Shown here one piece after another: positions 60,186-64,000 of a DNA stretch of 64,000 nucleotides. Made by a program: the position numbers and the translations under genes. Position 1 is the stretch's first letter, and the number at the start of each line of letters is the position of its first letter. The stretch is taken from contig JBHGNT010000004.1 in the NCBI GenBank assembly GCA_043228905.1, positions 18,352,001-18,416,000 on the forward strand, given 5' to 3'. The DNA is from Azolla caroliniana. Taxonomy: Eukaryota; Plantae; Polypodiophyta. The notes under the pieces are model-generated. The model did no database searches, was not told where the DNA came from, and saw only the letters and a program-made list of their open reading frames with translations.

Positions 60186-63100
60186 AGGGGATTTTTAGAG
60201 AGGGCTATCAAGGCGTGGGGCCACGGTAGTCCGGACGTACTGCAAAAACCCCACACATGTACAGTGGGTAGGAAGTTTTGGTTCTCCGAAAATGGAGGTT
60301 GTACTATAGCCGGCGTTAGCGGCCGGGAGAGGAAACGAGCAGAGGAGTAGCTCAGGGGATGCGGAGTCCTCTCCCCCGACGAAGAAATCAGCGGTGCCGT
60401 GGAGGTGGTCTCTTTTGACGACACCTTGGGCGAGTTGTGAAAGGTGATCGGTGAAGACCTTAGAGAGAACGGGACCGTTCCGGTTATTTCGATGGGAATG
60501 TACGAAGTCATCGCGGACTTCGGGGAAAGGATCAGGTCGGATCGGACGGCTTGCATGGATACAAAGTACAAGACTGTGGACCGGAAGTTGAGGCCAGTCG
60601 CGGCACCCTTGCCGGAGGGCAACGAGGAGCGGATAAGAGGGGTCGCATCGGACCCAAGTTTACAGAATCTGGTTGGCATAGGGCACTGGTTCACCGACAT
60701 AACGCTACGGGAGCTCAAGGTTGGTGGGGGTGGCTTTCTACTGCCAGTAGAGGAGGATAGGTTTCGGAGAATGCTCGGAAGGCATGGGAAAGCCTTCGCA
60801 TTCTCGCCGGAGGAGATCGGGTGCGTGGACCCGACGATCGTCGAACCAATGGTGATCTTCACGGTACTGCATGCACCGTGGAATCTCAAACCGATTCCGG
60901 TGCCGAGAGCTCACATCCCGAAGTTGATGGAGCTTCTTAAGCAAAAGGTGGAGATGGGCATCCTCGAGCCGTCGAGTGCTCCATATTCGAATCGGTGGTT
61001 TATGGTGCCGAAGAAGAACGGCACGCTGCGCTTCATTCAGGACCTGCAACTGGTCAACAGGGTGACCATCCGTAATGCAGGAATCGGACCGACCATAGAC
61101 GAGTTCGGGGAAGCCTTCGTTGGAAGGTCGATCTATTCGGTTGGTGACCTATACTCGGGGTACGACCAGTTCCAGCTAGCCGGGGAGAGCAGGGATATCA
61201 TGACGATGCAAACTTCTCTTGGCCTAGTACGGATGTGTACCCTACCACAAGGTGGGACGAATTCAGTGGCGCATATGGTGAACGCAATGAACAAGGTGCT
61301 GAGGGATTGCATCCTGGACATCACCATGCCATTCTTGGACGACATCCCGATAAAGGGGTGTCCCGTGGAAGATTCAGACGAGACTGTCGGGCCAGACGGA
61401 TGCTGGAGGTTCGTCGTGAACCACATCAACGACTGTGAGAAGGTGCTGCAGAGGCTCGAGAGCGCACGACTCACCTTCTCCGGAGAAAAATCGGCGTTCG
61501 GGTAGTCCGAGATCCTGGTGGTCAGACACCTATGCGGGCCTTACGGTAGGAAACTGTCTCCGGCAAAGGTAGAGGCCATCTCCGCGATGAGGAACGATTG
61601 CGGGTTGGTTACGGAGGTCCGCAGATTCTTGGGTGCATGCGTGTTCTACCACATCTGGATCCCGCACTACGCACATGTCGCGGAACCCCTCTACGGACTA
61701 TTGAAAAGGGGGCGTAGCTTTGAGTGGAGGATGGAGCACACGGAGTTGGTCTGGAGACTAAAGGAGACGCTTACGGTAGCGGTAGCTTTCCGTAAAGCGG
61801 TTTACGGCAAGGGAGTCCCCATCTACGTGACGGTGGACACGAGCCCGACCGGGATCGGGTGGGTGATCAACCAGAAGGATGAGGACGGCGTACGGTTCCC
61901 GATCCGGTTCGGGGCAAAGGTGTTGAGTGAGCGGCAACGAGGATACGCCCAAGTCAGCGCGAACTATGGGGTATTGTTTCGGCAGTCAAGGCCGACAGGG
62001 ACTACCTGATTGGGACGGAGGTAATAATCGAGACGGACTGCCTTCTGATACCCGGCATGGTTTCCGGATGTGCGACGTCAGACCTAGCAATGCTCTGGTG
62101 GATAGCGTACATTAAGTCCCTGAACTTGGAGATACGGCACATCTCCAGAAAGGATAACGCCATGGCCGACATGCTTTCGAGAGCGAGGTTCAATGACGAA
62201 GTCGACATGGTTTCGGATGACGAAGAAATCGGCGAGGACTTCTTCGGGTCGGCTAACGTGACGACGAGGAAAGGGGGCACTCCGGCACTTAACGAATTTG
62301 ACGAAAGCAGGTACGATGGGGAGTGGCTCCAAATCGGGAGGTTCCTATGGGCGATGACGCCGGACGCAGCTTGGACAAGAGAAGAGGCGAGCCGGGTACG
62401 GAAGAAGGTGTATCCATTCTTCCTACGGGACGGGTGCATATGGAGGCACCCAAAGAAAAGAAACGGCATTCCGCTCCAAGTAGTGGCAATGAAAGAAGAA
62501 CAGGAGGAATTACTGGTGGCATTTCACGAGAGTCCCTAGGCCGGGCACCGCAGAACGTGGGTCACATTCGAGAACCTGAAGGAGAAGTACTGGTGGCCGG
62601 GGTTGTACCGGGACATGCATCAGTTCATAACAACTTGCGAAAGCTGTCAGATGCACTCCGTAGTCCGACATCGGGAAGAGCTACACCCGACCTACCCGCC
62701 TACGGTCCATTTCAAGTGGATGGTGGACTTGGTGACGATGTCGATGGGAGTAGGACAAATGCGATACCTGGTGCTTGCGCGGGAAGACTTAACGAACTAG
62801 GTGGAAGGTTGTGCACTGCAGAACAAGACAACTGCGACAATATGCTGTTTCCTGATCGAAGAGGTAGTGTGTTGGTACGGGTGCGTCGGGAGGATCATGG
62901 CGGACCGGGGAGAGTTGGATGCGCAAGAAGCTGAGGAGCTGTTCGACCGGCTAGGGGTCAAACTCTCCCTCACTATAGCGTACAATCCGGAGGCGAACGG
63001 GAAGGTAGAACGTGGGCATAGGCCGATCGTAAAGGCGTTGGTGCGTGCATGTGGAGGGCAGATCGGGAATTGGCCGCGACTCCTTCCTTATGCACTATGG

Positions 63101-64000
63101 GCGGACTGAACTACGCACAGTTCGGTGACAGGGTTTTTGCCGGCATAGCTGATGTATGGACAAAAGCCGATCATGCCGTTGGAACGGACAGTTTCTTCGT
63201 GGGTGGCAGTAGATTGGAAGGACGAGATGAGCTGGGAGGAGTTGCTGGCGACGCGGATTCGGCAACTCGAGCGGAGGCCGGAGGACATGTAACTGGCGAA
63301 GGAAAAGCTGCGGGCGGCAAGGGAGCGGAACAAGACCCGGTTCAACCGGACGCACCGGTTGCGATAAAAGAAGGTCGAGGAAGGCGACTGGGTCATGGTA
63401 TACGACAACAGCCTCAACAATCAGCACAAGGCGGTGCGAAAGTTCGCTAGGAGATGGTTTGGGCCCTACATGGTGATGAGCGCGAACGACAACGACACGT
63501 ACCACCTCGTGGAACTCGACGGGACACGGTTAGCGGTACGAGTGGCCGGGAAACGGATCAAAGCGTTCAAGAATCGGTTCGAAGACGAGCCGGAGCCGGC
63601 GAGTGAGAGCGACGATGACGATCGGTTCGGGCCCAACGAAGAATCCGAGAGCGACGAGTGAAGCCGGTTTTCTTCGGTATCTACCCATCTCTAGCGCATG
63701 CCGGTGGATGCGTGGTTTGGTGGGGGTGGATGTCGTGAAGAAAACCGGCCATAGGCAGAATCAGAGAAAAAGACGCATGAACCGGCTCTTACATGGGTGG
63801 ACGCGAGAATTGATATTTTGTAAATAATTCGTAATTAGGTCGGCTGATGTAAATACTAGGTAGTAGACAATTATTAGGGGATTTTTGTGTATCTCTGTCG
63901 AAAGGGACAGGGAATAAAGCGATTGGACTAGGGAAGAAGGGTCTCCCCTTTGCGAACTATTTAAGGAGGGAGAGAAGGAAGAAAAGGGATCGCGGGTTGG

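Larger units (their letters stand above)
56460..64000 (+). mobile_element. Ty3/gypsy element, degenerate: 5' LTR 56460-57202, gag-PR to 59326, pol (RT-RH-IN) to 63661, PPT ~63718-63730, 3' LTR from 63731
   Basis: LTR ends TGTCATGAAG...CTTCGTGACA, repeated at 63731; protease ALVDHGSEINLM; RT MPFLDDIPIKG; RH VDTSPTGIGW; IN ADRGELD...YNPEANGKVER, RWFGPY. Confidence 0.95.

Overview
Repeat-dense eukaryotic nuclear DNA from a land plant, probably a non-seed plant such as a fern or lycophyte (inferred from the element types, not proven). Most of the window is nested retroelements. These include several Ty1/copia families (one with an apparently intact gag-pol ORF running off the left edge), two copies of a fungal-like Ty3/gypsy family (tRNA-Trp PBS, -1 frameshift after the protease), a full-length and a truncated non-L1 LINE, solo LTRs and MITE-like pieces. 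There is one ordinary host gene, a 9-exon plastid-type lipoxygenase (34176-39292) with an assembly gap in exon 8. The standout is at 11.6-15.5 kb: a spliceosomal-intron-containing (now decayed) gene for a ~980-aa protein fusing a ParB/Srx-like domain to a bacterial/phage-type beta-class DNA amino-methyltransferase (N6-adenine/N4-cytosine; DIPY ... NPYQKP ... DLFSGTGTT). It is directly preceded by a 223-bp fold-back holding three copies of a 23-bp palindrome at exact 51-bp spacing, reminiscent of a parS-like or terminal binding array.
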